Below, piece by piece: positions 17,222-27,096 of a DNA stretch of 64,000 nucleotides. The stretch comes from Dehalococcoidia bacterium (lineage in GTDB: Bacteria > Chloroflexota > Dehalococcoidia > Lucifugimonadales > Australimonadaceae). Under the pieces are notes generated by a model, which saw nothing but the letters and a program-made list of their open reading frames with translations, did not search any database and had not been told where the DNA came from. Made by a program: the position numbers and the translations under genes. Location of the stretch: positions 1,608,301 to 1,672,300 of the forward strand of contig CBDFJL010000003.1 of assembly GCA_965248495.1 (NCBI GenBank). Reading direction: 5' to 3'. How positions within the stretch are numbered: position 1 is the first letter of the stretch; each line of letters starts with the position of its first letter.

Positions 17222-18145
17222 ATGTCCCTCGCCCCCCACCGCATGGACTACCTGCCCCTGGTTGACCGACCGACGATCAAGTGGCCGAACGACGCGCGGC
17301 TCGCGTTCTGGGTATCACCGAACGTCGAGCACTACGAGTACATGCCGGCGCCCAACCCGGTACGAAACCCCTGGCCCCGCACGCCGTACCCGGACGTGCA
17401 GCAGTACTCGTTACGCGACTACGGCAACCGGGTTGGTTTCTGGCGCATGGTGGACGTCCTCGACAAGCACGATATTCGTGCCACGGTCTCGTTGAATGTC
17501 GCCGTGCTGGAGCACTTCCCGGAGGTCGCCGAGGCGATGGTGAGCCGGGACTACGACTTCATGTACCACGGGACCTATAACACGCGTTACCTGCTCACCC
17601 AGACTCCGGACGAAGAGCGCGAGTTCTACCGTGATGGCATCGAGACGGTGAAGCGTCACACTGGCAAAACGATGAAGGGGATGCTCGGCCCGGCGATCAG
17701 CAACACGATTCACACTCCCGATCTCATGGCCGAGGCGGGGCTCGTCTACCACACCGATTGGTTTCACGATGACCAACCGATGCCCATCCGAGTAAAGACG
17801 GGCAAGCTGATCTCCGTGCCGTACTCGCTGCTGTTGAACGACGCGCCGCTGAGCCGCAGCCCGTACGACGCGGATACGTTCGTGGACATGTGCAAGCGTC
17901 AGTTTGACGTGCTGTACCGAGAGGGCGAACTGAGCGGACGGGTCATGTGCATCGCGCTGCACCCGTACGTCATGGGTCAGCCTCATCGCATCAGGCAGCT
18001 CGACGAGGTGTTGCGGTACATCAGGTCGCACGAGGGGGTCTGGCACACGACCGCGGACGACATCGCCGACTACTACATCGAGAACTACTACGATCAGGCC
18101 GTGGCCCATGCCGAGCAGCTTGGCGCCGCTGGGAGGAGCTCGTAA
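17222..18145 (+). CDS. polysaccharide deacetylase-fold protein, PuuE (allantoinase)-like
   Basis: RDYGNRVGFWRMVDVLDKHDIRATV and ...CIALHPYVMGQPHR resemble the PuuE/CE4 fold. ATG 17222 follows GAGGA. The track ORF from 16709 is an extension over the divergent intergenic region. Confidence 0.7.
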   Translation: MSLAPHRMDYLPLVDRPTIKWPNDARLAFWVSPNVEHYEYMPAPNPVRNPWPRTPYPDVQQYSLRDYGNRVGFWRMVDVLDKHDIRATVSLNVAVLEHFPEVAEAMVSRDYDFMYHGTYNTRYLLTQTPDEEREFYRDGIETVKRHTGKTMKGMLGPAISNTIHTPDLMAEAGLVYHTDWFHDDQPMPIRVKTGKLISVPYSLLLNDAPLSRSPYDADTFVDMCKRQFDVLYREGELSGRVMCIALHPYVMGQPHRIRQLDEVLRYIRSHEGVWHTTADDIADYYIENYYDQAVAHAEQLGAAGRSS

Positions 18146-19050
18146 TGCCGGCCGAGCGTCGGGCGGGCATGGACCACCCGCACTACCCGTGGTCACCACT
18201 CCCAGCGCGTCCGGCATTGCGATGGCCGGATGCCGCTCGGCTCGCCATCGGGGTCATTGTCGTACTGGAACATGTCGAATGGGAGCCGCAAGAAGGCACG
18301 TACCAATCTCCCACGGTCGGCATGCCGAACTTTCCTTCCATCGCGCAGTCTTCGCTTCGTGAGTATGGACACCGCGTCGGTATTTTCCGATTGTTGGACC
18401 TGCTCGAAAGGCATGGGCTCAAGCCCACGGTCGCAATGGACCAGACCACCGCCGAGCACTACCCGTTTCTCGTCGAGCACGTAGCCAAGCGAGGCCACGA
18501 GATCATCGCTCACGGCGTCGCTCGTACACAGATGGTCACCAGCAACATGACCGAGGCCGAGGAGCGGGAGTACATTCGCGCGTCGATTGCTTCTGTCGAG
18601 CGCGCGACGGGCCGTCGCCCCGCCGGCTGGTTCGGGCCGGATTATGGTGAGTCGGAACGGACGCCGCAGCTGCTCGCCGCCGAGGGTATCACCTACGTAT
18701 GCGACTGGCCAAACGATGAGCAGCCGTACCGCATGGCGACACCCTCAGGGGAACTGCACGCACTGCCGCCTTCATACGACCTCGACGATCACGTTGCGCT
18801 CATGGAACGCGGCCTGCCCATCGGTGCTTACGCCGACCTGCTGAGGTATGCCGCCGACCAACTCCACGAGGACGGGGCGCAGAGCGGCCGGCTCATGCTG
18901 CCTGTACTCCGGCCCTGGCTCATCGGCCAGCCCTTCCGTGCGTCCCATCTCGATGAGGCCCTTGGCCACGTCATGGGAATGCCCGGGGTCTGGGCGGCAT
19001 ACGGCTCGGAGATCATCGACTGGTATCGGGAGCACTCGGCCTCTGCATAG
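18145..19050 (+). CDS. polysaccharide deacetylase-fold protein, PuuE (allantoinase)-like
   Basis: REYGHRVGIFRLLDLLERHGLKPTV and GHEIIAHG (a PuuE-like H-x4-H motif). Its start overlaps the previous stop (TAATG). Confidence 0.75.
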   Translation: MPAERRAGMDHPHYPWSPLPARPALRWPDAARLAIGVIVVLEHVEWEPQEGTYQSPTVGMPNFPSIAQSSLREYGHRVGIFRLLDLLERHGLKPTVAMDQTTAEHYPFLVEHVAKRGHEIIAHGVARTQMVTSNMTEAEEREYIRASIASVERATGRRPAGWFGPDYGESERTPQLLAAEGITYVCDWPNDEQPYRMATPSGELHALPPSYDLDDHVALMERGLPIGAYADLLRYAADQLHEDGAQSGRLMLPVLRPWLIGQPFRASHLDEALGHVMGMPGVWAAYGSEIIDWYREHSASA

Positions 19051-19086
19051 GGACGCGATTGAGGAACGACACAAGAGGTGGACGCC

Positions 19087-19737
19087 ATGGCAACGGAAAG
19101 CATCGTTTTCGGCAAGGACTTCTTCACCATCAACCCGAGCCGCACGGCGCTCATCGTCATCGACATGCAGAACGCATTCGTGGCCGAGGACGGCACTTAC
19201 CAGAGCGCCGAGGCACGCCAGATGATCCCGCGTCTCGAGAAGCTCATCGCCTTCGCGCGCGAGCACCGGCTGCCGCTGATCTGGACGCAGTCCGACCACC
19301 GCCCGCCCTACGGCGGCATCCTGCTGCGTAAGTTCCCCGCCATCCGCGAGGACCGCGTGTTGTGGAAAGACGACCCTTCGTTCGAGCTTTACGCTGACAT
19401 GTCGCAGCCGTTGGACGACGAGTACCGCGTCGTGAAGCACAAGTACGACGCCTTCTTCGAGACCGACCTCGATGCCATCCTGCGCAACAATGACATCACG
19501 ACGGTGATCATCACCGGCACCGCCACGAACGTCTGTTGCGAGTCAACCGCACGGTCGGCTTTCTTCCGCGACTACAACGTGGTGTTTCCCAGCGACTGCA
19601 ACGGTACCTTCGACCCGGAGATGCAGGCGGCCACACTCAAGACCATCGACATGTTCTTCGGTCGCGTGCTACCACTCGAGGAATTGCTCACCGAGATGGC
19701 GGAGATGCTGCCCGCCGCGAGGGCGAGTCAGGCATAG
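19087..19737 (+). CDS. isochorismatase-family cysteine hydrolase (amidase type, NicF/RutB/CSHase-like)
   Basis: ALIVIDMQNAF, and TGTATNVCCESTARSA carrying the catalytic Cys. ATG 19087 follows AAGAGGTGG. GTG 19078 is an alternative start. Confidence 0.85.
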   Translation: MATESIVFGKDFFTINPSRTALIVIDMQNAFVAEDGTYQSAEARQMIPRLEKLIAFAREHRLPLIWTQSDHRPPYGGILLRKFPAIREDRVLWKDDPSFELYADMSQPLDDEYRVVKHKYDAFFETDLDAILRNNDITTVIITGTATNVCCESTARSAFFRDYNVVFPSDCNGTFDPEMQAATLKTIDMFFGRVLPLEELLTEMAEMLPAARASQA

Positions 19738-19809
19738 GGCGCACGCGACGGTCCACCGGCCATTCTTCCAGTGGCCACGGTAGCCGAAGGCCGGCGCGGA
19801 CGGTGCTCG

Positions 19810-21291
19810 TCAGTCTGCGCGCGATACCCGCGTCGCATCCCGCCTCACCTTGCCGTCGGGCGTGAACAGCCCCGGCCACCTGGCCCGCAGCTCCTCAGCC
19901 TCGGCCTGTGTCTTGCGAGCGACGGCTGGGAACGTGTCGATCCGATCGTAGGGCCGGCAGGCGTCGATGATCATGCGATTGTTGTAGTAACGGCCGCCGC
20001 CGCCTTCGCCGGCGTAGGACATGGGGTCCAACGACGTACTCCACATCCGCCGGACCACGTCGATGTCGTCGGTCACCTCCGTGCGGGTGCATAGCGCCCA
20101 CAGGACCTCGTTCGTGTCGGTCGGGTCGATGTCGTCGTCGACGACGACGACGAAGCGGTTGGCGTAGGCGCCGGAGTGTACCGACGTCGCTGCGTGACCG
20201 ACCTGCTTCGCATGGCCTGGGTAAAGCTGCTTGATGGCGATGACGTTGAACAGCCGGCCGCCCCCCGCTTCGTGGGACCAGGCCCCGACGATGCCAGGGA
20301 TGCCAGCGCGCTCCATCTCGCTCCAGAGCAGGGCGGCGCGCATCGGGCTGCGGAAGTAGGTGTTGTCGTTGGGCGGCTTGCCTGGCAGGCAGCCGAGGAC
20401 GATGGGATCGTTGCGCCAGAGGACCGACGTGACGTTGATGATCGGCATGTCCCGCTCGCCCCCGGCGTAGTAGCCGGTCCACTCACCGAAGGGGCCTTCG
20501 GGGTGCGTCTGGTCCGGCGGTATCTCGCCCTCGATCACGAGCTCCGCGGTGGCGGGGACAGGCAGGCCGGTCTGGGGTGCGGCGATGACCTCCAATGGCT
20601 CCCCTCGGATGCCGCCTGCAACGGCGAACTCGTCGACGCCGTAGTCGACCTCGATGCCGCCGAGAACGAGGAGCAACGGGTCGTGCCCGAACGAGACGGC
20701 GACCGGGCAGGCCTGGCCTCGGGCCCAGTACTTATCGCGGATGAGACGGCCGTGCTTCCCTGGCGAAATCATGATGCCAAGCGTCTTGCTGTCGTGGACC
20801 TGAATCCGATACGTCCCGGCGTTGACCCACCCCGTGTCCGGGTCCCTGGTCATGACGATGCAGCCGGTACCGAGAAACTTGCCGCCGTCCTCGGTGTGCC
20901 AGAACGGCGCGGGGAATCGGGTGACGTCGATTTCGTCGCCGGTTGCGCGATTCTCCAGCACCGGGCCACCCTCGACGAGGCGTGGCGCCAGGGGCTTCAG
21001 ACTCTCGAGCCGGTCGCGCCACTCCCGGACGAACTCCCGCCGCGAGAGCCCCGTGGGCAGGCCGAGCGTCAGCAGCACGCGAGGCAGGGACGTGAGGACG
21101 TTCGCGACCAGCCGGTGGCCCTCCGGGTGGCCCTTGACGCGCTCGAACAGCAGGGCGGGGTTCTCCATGTCCCATTGGAACAGGTCGACCAGCCCCCCGA
21201 GCTCCAAGTGCGGGTCGGCACCTTCGACGCGGGTCAGCTCGCCCAGCTCCTCGACTCGTTCGATCCACTCGCGCAGGTCACTGACGGCCAT
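19810..21291 (-). CDS. UbiD-family (prFMN-dependent) reversible decarboxylase
   Basis: 493 aa. The N-terminus LREWIERVEELGELTRVEG and the overall length and sequence are typical of UbiD/Fdc1/HmfF-type enzymes. A ubiX partner lies 5 kb away. Confidence 0.9.
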   Translation of the reverse strand: MAVSDLREWIERVEELGELTRVEGADPHLELGGLVDLFQWDMENPALLFERVKGHPEGHRLVANVLTSLPRVLLTLGLPTGLSRREFVREWRDRLESLKPLAPRLVEGGPVLENRATGDEIDVTRFPAPFWHTEDGGKFLGTGCIVMTRDPDTGWVNAGTYRIQVHDSKTLGIMISPGKHGRLIRDKYWARGQACPVAVSFGHDPLLLVLGGIEVDYGVDEFAVAGGIRGEPLEVIAAPQTGLPVPATAELVIEGEIPPDQTHPEGPFGEWTGYYAGGERDMPIINVTSVLWRNDPIVLGCLPGKPPNDNTYFRSPMRAALLWSEMERAGIPGIVGAWSHEAGGGRLFNVIAIKQLYPGHAKQVGHAATSVHSGAYANRFVVVVDDDIDPTDTNEVLWALCTRTEVTDDIDVVRRMWSTSLDPMSYAGEGGGGRYYNNRMIIDACRPYDRIDTFPAVARKTQAEAEELRARWPGLFTPDGKVRRDATRVSRAD

Positions 21292-21298
21292 GACGTGC

Positions 21299-21745
21299 CT
21301 ACTCCGATCCCAGCTCGGCGGCGATACACCGGCTGAACTCGCGGCGGGTTTCCTCCGCCTTCCGTTTGACGACAGAGTTGCCGAGCGCGGCCAGGCGACC
21401 GAAGAGCGCGAAGTCGATCGAGTAGCGCACCTGGGTCCCGGCCTGCGCCTCGTCCAGTTCGAGCGAGAGCCTGTTCAGCTTCAAGCGGTTGCCCATGCGG
21501 TCCTGGCCGCTGCCGGTCACGACGACCCGCTTGGCCTCGACAGCTTCCTCTACCGCTAGGTCGATGTCCATCGCCACGCTGAACGGGCCCACCCGTTGGA
21601 CCATCCGAGCCCGGTAGCCGCCATCGTCCAGGGCCTGGATATCCTCGCAGCCCGGCAGGCAGCGGCCGACTCGTGGGAGGTCCCAGAACAGCGCCCAAAC
21701 CTCGCTGGGTGCCGCGCTCACCGTGAAACTGTCGCTGAGTTCCAA
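21299..21745 (-). CDS. SRPBCC-fold CoxG-like protein
   Basis: 148 aa. FTVSAAPSEVWALFWDLPRVGRCLPGCE is typical of the CoxG/carbon monoxide dehydrogenase subunit G family. Confidence 0.75.
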   Translation of the reverse strand: MELSDSFTVSAAPSEVWALFWDLPRVGRCLPGCEDIQALDDGGYRARMVQRVGPFSVAMDIDLAVEEAVEAKRVVVTGSGQDRMGNRLKLNRLSLELDEAQAGTQVRYSIDFALFGRLAALGNSVVKRKAEETRREFSRCIAAELGSE

Positions 21746-21754
21746 ACCGCACTC

Positions 21755-22750
21755 CTAGCCGTGGGCCTTGATGACGTCCTCGGCGAAGCGCTGAAGATAC
21801 TCCTTGCGCTCCTCCAGCGTCTTCGGCATGTTGTAGAAGCTGATGTTGACGAAGTCCACGCCCTGCTCGCCGAGCGCCGAGAAGCCCTCGACGCAGTCCT
21901 GGCCGTTGCCCACCACCGCCCAGTCCTCGACGCTCGATTCCGAGCTGATGTTGATGCGGACCATCGTGTCCTCCTGCATGTCCCACGAGCTATACATGCG
22001 GTAGGAGGACTCGGCAGCGTCGCGGGCCTCGTCCAGCGCCTTTCGCCTGTCAGCCGCAAAGGCCACGCCGCGCGAGGCTGTGACACGCCCGTCGCCCAGC
22101 CCTGCTTTCGCGCGCTCGTCGCGGTACGCCGCCACGAGGACGGGCAGGTCGTCAAAGCCGACCTGCGGCGCCAAATAGCAGGCGTCGGCGATGCGGCCTG
22201 CCCTGCGCACCGCGCCATCGCTTTGGCACGCGATCCAGATGGGCGGGTGCGGCTGTTGGACCGGGAGAAACCCCATCTTGGCCCCGCGTAGCTGCCAGTA
22301 GGTGCCCTCGTAATCGACCTCTTCGCCGGACCACAACCGCTTGATGACCTCGATGGACTCCACGAGCCGGGGCACGCGGTCCTTGCGCGTGGCCCCAACA
22401 GCCGCCAGCTCCGCCTCCCGGTAGCCGATGCCGACGCCGAAGATCACCCGGCCTTTGGAGATCTGGTCGAGGGTCGCGACGTCCTCGGCGACCTGAACGG
22501 GGTTGTGCAGCGGCAGCAACAGGATGCCGGTCAGCAGGCGCATGTCGCCCGTTTCCGGGGCCAGCCGGGCCAGCATCTGGAAAGGCTGCGGCCAGATCGT
22601 TGGGTGAGAGACCCAGTGCTGGGGCATCGTCGCCGTCGAGAAGCCCGCGTCCCGGGCAACGTGGCATATTTCGACCAGGTCGTCGATCTGCTCGTGCAGG
22701 GGTCGTGTGCGGTCGGTCAGGAAGGACCGGAGATACAGGCCGTACTCCAT
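21755..22750 (-). CDS. LLM-class (luciferase-like) flavin/F420-dependent oxidoreductase
   Basis: LLLPLHNPVQVAEDVATLDQISKGRVIFGVGIGY. ATG 22750 (MEYGLYL) is the likely start, and the track ORF reaches 22825. Confidence 0.8.
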   Translation of the reverse strand: MEYGLYLRSFLTDRTRPLHEQIDDLVEICHVARDAGFSTATMPQHWVSHPTIWPQPFQMLARLAPETGDMRLLTGILLLPLHNPVQVAEDVATLDQISKGRVIFGVGIGYREAELAAVGATRKDRVPRLVESIEVIKRLWSGEEVDYEGTYWQLRGAKMGFLPVQQPHPPIWIACQSDGAVRRAGRIADACYLAPQVGFDDLPVLVAAYRDERAKAGLGDGRVTASRGVAFAADRRKALDEARDAAESSYRMYSSWDMQEDTMVRINISSESSVEDWAVVGNGQDCVEGFSALGEQGVDFVNISFYNMPKTLEERKEYLQRFAEDVIKAHG

Positions 22751-22886
22751 GAGCTCCAAGGACGCCTTTTCAGGGTAGAGCGAGGCTATCACGGCGCCAA
22801 CGCTAGGGTCAGCCCTTGTAGGCATCGACGGCCCCGATTAGCATCGCGTTCAACCGGCCACCGGCCGACAAGCGTGGTCCACCTTC

Positions 22887-23759
22887 ATGAAACCCTTCAG
22901 GCTCCACGAACCGACCTCAGCACAGGAGGCCGTGTCCCTGCTCAGCGAGCGCGGAGACACCGCGAGGCTCTATGCGGGCGGCACCGAGCTTCTGCTCGCT
23001 ATGAGGAGCGGCCTGCTCGTGTGCGACGACCTGGTCAACGTGAAGACGGTCGACGGGCTTCGCGACATCGGCGTCGACGACGGGACGCTAGTTATCGGGG
23101 CCGCGGCGACGCACCGCGAGATCGAGTTCTCTCCCGTCGTGCGCGAGCATTTCCCCCTGCTGGCCGAGGTCGAGCACTTGGTGGCCAACGTTCGGGTCCG
23201 CAACACCGGCACGCTCGCCGGGAACTTGTGCTTCGCCGACCCGCACTCCGACCCCGCGACGCTGCTGCTGCTGTACGACGCTGAGGTCGAGATCGCCGGA
23301 CCCTCCAGCTCCCGGCGCATTCGGCTGGCGGACCTCCAGGTGGGTCCGTACGAGACGGCGCTGGCCGCCGACGAGATGGTCGTGCGCGTGCGCGTGCCGA
23401 GCGCCCCACGCGGCGCGGCCGACGCCTATCGTAAGTTCGGTCTCCACCAGCGGCCGACGATCGGCGTGGGTGCGATGTTGCGGGTCGAGGATGGCGTGCT
23501 ATCGGACGTGCGGCTGTCGCTGGGCTGCGTCTCGCCCGTCCCGAGACGGCTGCCGGACGCCGAGGCGGTCCTCATGGGCGAGCGGGTCGACGCCTTGAGC
23601 GAGGGCTCGTCCGTGGTCAGCGAAGCGGGCCGGCTGGCGGCAGCCGCGGCGGACGCGGTCGACGACCTGCACGGCCGCGCCGACTACAAGGAGCACCTCG
23701 TCGGCGTGCTCGCCGGACGCGTGCTCAGCGATGCGCTCTCCCGCCTGGGAGCGAGCTGA
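22887..23759 (+). CDS. molybdenum hydroxylase FAD-binding (medium, CoxM/XdhB-like) subunit, set 1
   Basis: LYAGGTELLLAMR FAD-binding motif and a C-terminal CO-dehydrogenase flavoprotein-like region (DDLHGRADYKEHL). Confidence 0.85.
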   Translation: MKPFRLHEPTSAQEAVSLLSERGDTARLYAGGTELLLAMRSGLLVCDDLVNVKTVDGLRDIGVDDGTLVIGAAATHREIEFSPVVREHFPLLAEVEHLVANVRVRNTGTLAGNLCFADPHSDPATLLLLYDAEVEIAGPSSSRRIRLADLQVGPYETALAADEMVVRVRVPSAPRGAADAYRKFGLHQRPTIGVGAMLRVEDGVLSDVRLSLGCVSPVPRRLPDAEAVLMGERVDALSEGSSVVSEAGRLAAAAADAVDDLHGRADYKEHLVGVLAGRVLSDALSRLGAS

Positions 23760-23760
23760 G

Positions 23761-24237
23761 GTGCCGGCGTTGACCCGCATCGCCGTCGAGTTCGAGCTGA
23801 ACGGCTCGCCCGCACGCATCGAGGTCGAGCCCCACGTCGCGCTCATCGATTTGCTGCGTGGCCCGCTCGGGCTCACCGGGACCAAGCGCTCGTGCGAGGT
23901 ACAGGTGTGCGGGGCGTGCACGGTCCTCGTCGACGGCCTGCCCGTGAGCTCCTGCACGCTGCCCGCCTTCGAGGTCCGCGGCACGCGCGTACTGACCGTC
24001 GAGGGACTTGCGCACGATTCGTTGGGTGCGTCGTTGACGGAGGCCTTCGCGGAGAGCGCAGCCTTCCAGTGCGGCTTTTGCACCCCGGGCATGCTCCTGG
24101 CGGCCAAAGCGCTCTTGGACAGCGTGCCGGAGCCGACTGAAGCGCAGGTCGTCGACTACCTCGGGGGCAACGTCTGCCGCTGCACCGGGTACAAGAAGAT
24201 CGTCGAAGCCGTCGTCGACGCAGGCCGACGCCCATGA
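23761..24237 (+). CDS. molybdenum hydroxylase [2Fe-2S] (small, CoxS-like) subunit, set 1
   Basis: Cys clusters CEVQVCGACTV, CGFCTPGM and CRCTGY. GTG 23761 lies 2 nt after the previous stop, with GGGAGCGAG upstream. Confidence 0.9.
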   Translation: MPALTRIAVEFELNGSPARIEVEPHVALIDLLRGPLGLTGTKRSCEVQVCGACTVLVDGLPVSSCTLPAFEVRGTRVLTVEGLAHDSLGASLTEAFAESAAFQCGFCTPGMLLAAKALLDSVPEPTEAQVVDYLGGNVCRCTGYKKIVEAVVDAGRRP

Positions 24238-26498
24238 CCCAGCGAGAGCTCAACACGGTCGGCCGCTCCGTGCGCCGGGTGGACGCCGACGACAAGTTGT
24301 CGGGCCGGGCCCTGTTCGCGGGCGACCTGACCGTGCCCGGCGCCGCCCATGCGAAGCTGGTCCCCAGCGAGTTGCCGCACGCCAGGATCAAGCGGCTGGA
24401 CGTGTCGAAGGCGCGCGCGCTGCCTGGCGTCTACGCCGTGCTGACCGCGGCCGAGCTGGTGAACATGGAGACCCACTACGGGTCGGACCGCAAGGACCGC
24501 CCCATCGTCGCGATGGACAAGGTGCGCTTCCAGGGCGAGCCCATCGCGGCGATCGCGGCGGTCGACCTCGCGACCGCGGAGGCGGCCGTTGAGCTCGTCG
24601 AGGTCGACTACGAGGAACTGCCGCCGGTGCTCGGCATCAACGAAGCGCTCGCGTCCGGCGGAGAGCCCGTCCAGGGCACGAACGTCTGCCACGAGTACGC
24701 CATCGAGTGGGGGCAGGTGGAGAGCGCGCTGGCTGGGTGCGACCACGTCTTCGAGGACGAGTTCACGTTTCCCATGGTCTACCACTACGCCATGGAGCCC
24801 CACACCTGCATTGCACACTTCGAGGGCGACCGCATCCGGCTCTGGACGTCGGCGCAGCACCCGTTTCTCGTGCGAGAGGAGATCGCGCGCATCTTCCGCT
24901 TGCGGCTCGATCAGGTGCAGGTGGTCGTGCCCTACGTGGGCGGCGGCTACGGCAGCAAGTCGTACACGAAGATCGAGCCGCTGGTCGCCGCGCTCAGCCG
25001 CGAGGCCGGGCGACCGGTCAGGCTCGGGCTCACCGTCGAGGAGGCGATGAAGACGGTGCGCCGCCACTCGGCGACGGCGACCGTCCGCACGGGCGTGAAG
25101 AGCGACGGCACCTTCGTCGCGCGAGACACACGCGTGTACGTGGACACGGGCGCCTACACCGACAACGGCGTGCGCGTCACCGAGCGCATCGCGGACCGCA
25201 TTACAGGGCCGTACCGCTTCGAGCACCTGCGCACGCGCGCGACGGGGTTGTTCACCAACACCACGCCCGCCGGCTCGTTCAGGTCCATCGGTGGCCCCCA
25301 GGCGGCCTGGGCCTGCGAGTCCCAGGTCGACATCATCGCCAGCGCGCTCGGCATCGACCCACTGGAGCTGCGGCTCAAGAACCTCGTGCGCTCAGGCGAA
25401 GAGGTCCTGCGGGGCCGCCGCCCGCTCGAAGCAGACCTCGCGGGACCGCTCCGCCAGGTCGCCGACGACTTTGGCTGGGGTGCCTACAAGCCGCAGCCGA
25501 CCGCGCCGCACCTCAAGCGGGGTGTCGGCCTCGCGTGCTCCGTGACCAACTCCGGCGCAAGCCCCATCTCGACCGCCCTCGCGCGGCTGCACGCCGACGG
25601 CAGCGCGAGCGTCCACGTTGGCACCACTGAGCTCGGCCAGGGCTCGCGCTCGGCTCTTGCCCAGATCGCCGCCGAGGAGCTTCGCCTGCCCCTGGAGTCG
25701 GTGCGTATGGTCGCCGCGGACACCGACGCGGTGCCCTATGACCGCTCGACGGGCGCGAGCCGGTCTACCACGCTCATGGGCCTTGCTGTCCACGACGCCG
25801 CAGCCGAGGTCCGCGACCAGCTGCTCAGGCTCGCCACCGAGTACCTCGAGGCGCCTTCCGAGCAGGTGGCGCTTGCCGATGCGTGGGCGGCCTTTGGCGA
25901 CGAGAGGGTTACGTACTCCGCGCTGATAAGGGAGATGTTCGGTGGGCCTGGAGGCGAGCTGATGGGGCGCGGCTACGTGACGCCCCGCCACCCCTCCGGC
26001 AAGCTGCGAGAGGACCCGATTTTCTGGGAGGTTAGCATGGGGTTCGCGGAGGTCGAGGTGGACGAATTGACCGGATTGGTGCGTATCCTGCGCTACACCT
26101 CGGTCGCCGACCCCGGCAAGGCCATCAACCCCAAGCAGGTCGAGGGGCAGGACGAAGGTGCCGCGATGCAGGCCATCGGCCACACACTCTTCGAAGAGAT
26201 GGTGTACGAGGACGGTCAGCTGATGAACGCGAACCTCGTCGACTATCGAGTGCCGACGTTCGCCGACCTGCCGTCGAGCTTCGAGACGGTACTGATCGAG
26301 CGGGGTGATGGCCCCGGTCCGTACGGTGCCAAGGGTGTCGGCGAAGGTGGGATCGTGGCCGTGGCACCGGCGGTGGCGAACGCGGTGTTCAACGCGACCG
26401 GCGCCCGCATCACCGACCTCCCCCTGACGCCGGAGCGGGTCTGGCGCGCCATCCGCGCCGTGAAAGCGCGCGCAGGGAAGGAGCAGGCCGATGCGTAG
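24234..26498 (+). CDS. molybdopterin-binding large subunit (xanthine dehydrogenase/aldehyde oxidase family), set 1
   Basis: 754 aa with GGGYGSK and AGSFRSIGGPQ blocks. It has an ATGA overlap with the small-subunit gene. Confidence 0.9.
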   Translation: MTQRELNTVGRSVRRVDADDKLSGRALFAGDLTVPGAAHAKLVPSELPHARIKRLDVSKARALPGVYAVLTAAELVNMETHYGSDRKDRPIVAMDKVRFQGEPIAAIAAVDLATAEAAVELVEVDYEELPPVLGINEALASGGEPVQGTNVCHEYAIEWGQVESALAGCDHVFEDEFTFPMVYHYAMEPHTCIAHFEGDRIRLWTSAQHPFLVREEIARIFRLRLDQVQVVVPYVGGGYGSKSYTKIEPLVAALSREAGRPVRLGLTVEEAMKTVRRHSATATVRTGVKSDGTFVARDTRVYVDTGAYTDNGVRVTERIADRITGPYRFEHLRTRATGLFTNTTPAGSFRSIGGPQAAWACESQVDIIASALGIDPLELRLKNLVRSGEEVLRGRRPLEADLAGPLRQVADDFGWGAYKPQPTAPHLKRGVGLACSVTNSGASPISTALARLHADGSASVHVGTTELGQGSRSALAQIAAEELRLPLESVRMVAADTDAVPYDRSTGASRSTTLMGLAVHDAAAEVRDQLLRLATEYLEAPSEQVALADAWAAFGDERVTYSALIREMFGGPGGELMGRGYVTPRHPSGKLREDPIFWEVSMGFAEVEVDELTGLVRILRYTSVADPGKAINPKQVEGQDEGAAMQAIGHTLFEEMVYEDGQLMNANLVDYRVPTFADLPSSFETVLIERGDGPGPYGAKGVGEGGIVAVAPAVANAVFNATGARITDLPLTPERVWRAIRAVKARAGKEQADA

Positions 26499-27096
26499 AA
26501 TCATCGTCGCCATCACCGGCTCGTCGGCGCCCATCTATGGCGTCTCGACGCTCCAAGCCCTCAACGCGAGCCCCGACGTCGAGACGCACCTCGTGCTCTC
26601 CGAGGGGGCCCGCGCCTCCATCCACCACGAGGCGCCTGGCTGGACTATCGACGGCATCACCGCGCTGGCGGACGTTGCGTACGACCCGCGCGACATGGCC
26701 GCGAGCATCTCCAGCGGCTCGTTTCAGACCGACGGCATGGTCGTCGTGCCCTGCTCGATGAAGACGCTGTCGGCCATCGCCAACGCCTACTCGGCGGACC
26801 TCATCGCCAGGGCCGCCGACGTGTGCCTCAAGGAGCGCCGGCGCCTGGTCGTCGTCCCACGCGAGACGCCGCTGAACCGCGCCCACCTCCTCAACATGCT
26901 CGCGGTCAACGACATGGGGGGCGTGGTGCTGCCGCCGGTCCCTGGCTTCTACGGGCGTCCTGAAACCGTCCAGGACGTCGTCAACCACACGGTGGGCAAG
27001 CTACTGGACGTTCTCGGCGTGCCCCACCATCTGTTCCAGCGATGGGGCGGCGGGGAGGCTGCCGATGTCGAAATCGGTCGGGAACCGACTTCCTGA
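26491..27096 (+). CDS. ubiX: UbiX flavin prenyltransferase
   Basis: IIVAITGSSAPIYG, SSGSFQTDGMVVVPCSMKTLSAIA, KERRRLVVVPRETPL and PPVPGFY closely match remembered UbiX/Pad1. Its start overlaps the large-subunit stop by 8 nt. Confidence 0.9.
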   Translation: MRRIIVAITGSSAPIYGVSTLQALNASPDVETHLVLSEGARASIHHEAPGWTIDGITALADVAYDPRDMAASISSGSFQTDGMVVVPCSMKTLSAIANAYSADLIARAADVCLKERRRLVVVPRETPLNRAHLLNMLAVNDMGGVVLPPVPGFYGRPETVQDVVNHTVGKLLDVLGVPHHLFQRWGGGEAADVEIGREPTS

